A DNA stretch of 32,000 nt, taken from Chlamydiota bacterium. Its GTDB lineage: Bacteria > Auribacterota > JACPWU01. The position numbers and the translations under genes are program-made. Location of the stretch: assembly GCA_016196885.1 (NCBI GenBank), contig JACPWU010000053.1:504-32503 (forward strand). The letters run 5' to 3'. Below are positions 31,401 to 32,000 of this stretch, one piece after another (position 1 is the first letter of the stretch; each line of letters opens with the position of its first letter). The notes under the pieces were generated by a model. That model worked only from the letters and a program-made list of their open reading frames with translations, did not search any database and was not told where the DNA came from.

Positions 31401-32000
31401 CTGGACAAGATATCTAAAGTGAAAGGTGTCCGGATCCCAATTAAAAAACTGAAGCAAGCGAATATCACTTTGAAGACCGATCATCTCTGGAGTATTCGCA
31501 GAAACTCCCGCCTGAATAAGTTGTTCATAATATTTTTCTAGTTCACCAAATAGAAGCCTACCCTTTTTCTTATTCTGATCCAGCATCCCTTCTCCATTTC
31601 CATAAATCTTTTTAAGAAAATCTGGAACTGAATTTGCCCCTCTATGATACTTTCGAATAATCCTTTGAATCTCATTGAAAACTCTTTTTTGCGTCGTAGG
31701 GTCAATCTTGTCAGCAGCGACCCCATCCCCAAGATTCTTTGTCTTTGTCGTTTTCCCCTTTCTTCGATTCCACCACCCAGCCGCTTTTCCAGAAACCTTC
31801 GCAGCGCTCCAAGCCGTTAAAGCGCTACGCAATTTTCCATCACTCACGTAACTCTCAAATGTAATACCCTCCACCTTATCTACTTGTCTGGCAGAAGGGG
31901 GCTTCCCTCCTAAAGAAGGTGTGGAGTGAAGATATTCCGAGGGGTCTAAAAGAACCAATCCCTCCTCTCTTCCATCCTCTGTGAGTCGAACCAAAACAAA
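28440..32000 (-). CDS. Giant orphan protein, C-terminal 1186 or more codons; ORF open to the right edge
   Basis: Uninterrupted frame from the window edge to TAA 28440-28442. The only in-window start candidate is TTG 31994, and the two codons beyond it are also open. No domain recognised by eye. Confidence 0.75.
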   Translation of the reverse strand, partial: FVLVRLTEDGREEGLVLLDPSEYLHSTPSLGGKPPSARQVDKVEGITFESYVSDGKLRSALTAWSAAKVSGKAAGWWNRRKGKTTKTKNLGDGVAADKIDPTTQKRVFNEIQRIIRKYHRGANSVPDFLKKIYGNGEGMLDQNKKKGRLLFGELEKYYEQLIQAGVSANTPEMIGLQSDIRLLQFFNWDPDTFHFRYLVQRFLEAERSGNIPPLLIVEIRDADRLHGNLGAEGTLRLGFSEGEEVILSGLGDSGDAFELELSRGQDGLMASINVKSGAAVFQYQIQSETCPDGFKINFVKINGGQRSARDLRWSDALKTPLTKGDSSSGTHQKRIGTRNLTQEEVDRVFTQIDGGQIVTRGVREEEREQAKKMLKMVNRYAPEFLEGEFGKLGLKVEDMGLEPFKKVLGALATPPEGGQSEKGSFIPFSEVRQNYTVQIYLAKDLGVSESAVTQISGHTIRIAMTEGFFKDAISHEFIEGWRRLQLPVRMEALSVSIEPQEIDLFNRAIHTEMVLMEPLFDLDLPESERVIDGAVKGRVARELVRRRAQDPKSLESLAPGEEAALRDIQEKVSGEALSKKGGELAQTFAKNVSLESKFNLVQNIQNKAPHFLQSLEREDYLLLLRKHLSADPEDRDLTQAIDNALKFLATDQPSFGDVMRHIEGVVNLRMAQETSAQRTINDDARLPMVQDVVVLFLLIANHLRSGRTYSGGLSQLIESYVAGKEYYGISHEILSHQSLDVVLRYEQKELRRQVESIQSYNPLSQVFLSGLTPVFGFFAALERLRDQKTINALVGLGQQLHMSDELKVLIQKSQSKILRFSTTGNLEVLNEGQWLSVDLSPATRFAVRDFCARVKSFNHGYLYLDLTSLGAIHPDRFQKLLLTLLSDPQSLERGWAVKYHDENDTKQDSDLEGDKVEILKNGWLLQAHVKTVGEQYQDRLANYREPIKGKKRDETPLKVLVMTQKTFGIELAQKGSGEWEVKASRDNFELFYNYSIQLLQKNKFRIVISIVLPEGVSKNDLPSDLTEKIFKSVCGDRYGRLKDNMTVRYYEAHDEAVRSHALGAKVKGDVIHEFFAGAQRSGNREERVRFVIAEGDQDHYADLLKTDPLSGENLVYLVIRGSLDDQQMDWILEKLVSGNSVKDQDLLNAFKKVDRNELKKPMKAPRTPLERLQWLRQEEEATQGSM

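Noticed and set aside
31730-31770. P-loop-like string RRKGKTTKT in the giant protein
   Set aside because: It does not fit GxxxxGK[ST], since no Gly is at the required position, and no Walker B-like motif follows. It is probably just a basic linker.

Overview
This window comes from a diderm, LPS-making bacterium whose lineage I cannot determine; it looks moderately AT-rich by eye. No rRNA, tRNA or CRISPR array was found.

(1) Positions 1-1400 hold the N-terminus of a membrane sensor plus decayed small accessory genes: a truncated retropepsin-like fragment and a frame-disrupted hicB-like remnant.

(2) Positions 1.4-14.9 kb are one uninterrupted minus-strand run of conserved envelope and housekeeping genes. 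In transcription order they are DUF3108, heptose-7-P kinase, gmhB, kdsB, pyrG, kdsA, kdsD, kdsC, lptC, lptA, lptB, hpf, hprK, ptsH, ptsI. rpoN is absent from its classical place between lptB and hpf.

(3) Positions 15-19 kb hold a CHASE2 adenylate cyclase, divergent from a FecR/FlgP-like fusion protein and a DUF3307 membrane protein.

(4) Positions 19.3-24.2 kb are the most interesting coding region. It is a six-gene minus-strand cluster made of:
- a Tyr-rich glycine-zipper protein;
- 1x and 3x FlgP/LPP20-like proteins;
- a mini-lipoprotein;
- a FlgT-like protein;
- a CsgG-family protein.
A near-consensus sigma-54 promoter precedes it, and a divergently encoded GAF-type sigma-54 activator sits at 24.3-25.9 kb. 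I read this as a candidate undescribed outer-membrane ring or secretion module.

(5) Positions 26-32 kb are an accessory island. It carries a COG1373-type ATPase, a RelE-first/RHH toxin-antitoxin pair, higBA, and the C-terminal 1186 or more codons of a giant orphan protein that runs off the right edge.

The most unusual non-coding signal overlies all of this. Almost every gene junction carries a long inverted repeat whose arms are tandem 7-8 nt units. The units are specific to each locus, several elements share a conserved A/T-rich core, and some arms supply codons to the flanking genes. Separately, a roughly 100-nt GC-rich structured element occurs twice.

All family assignments come from motif recognition by eye; no searches were run.
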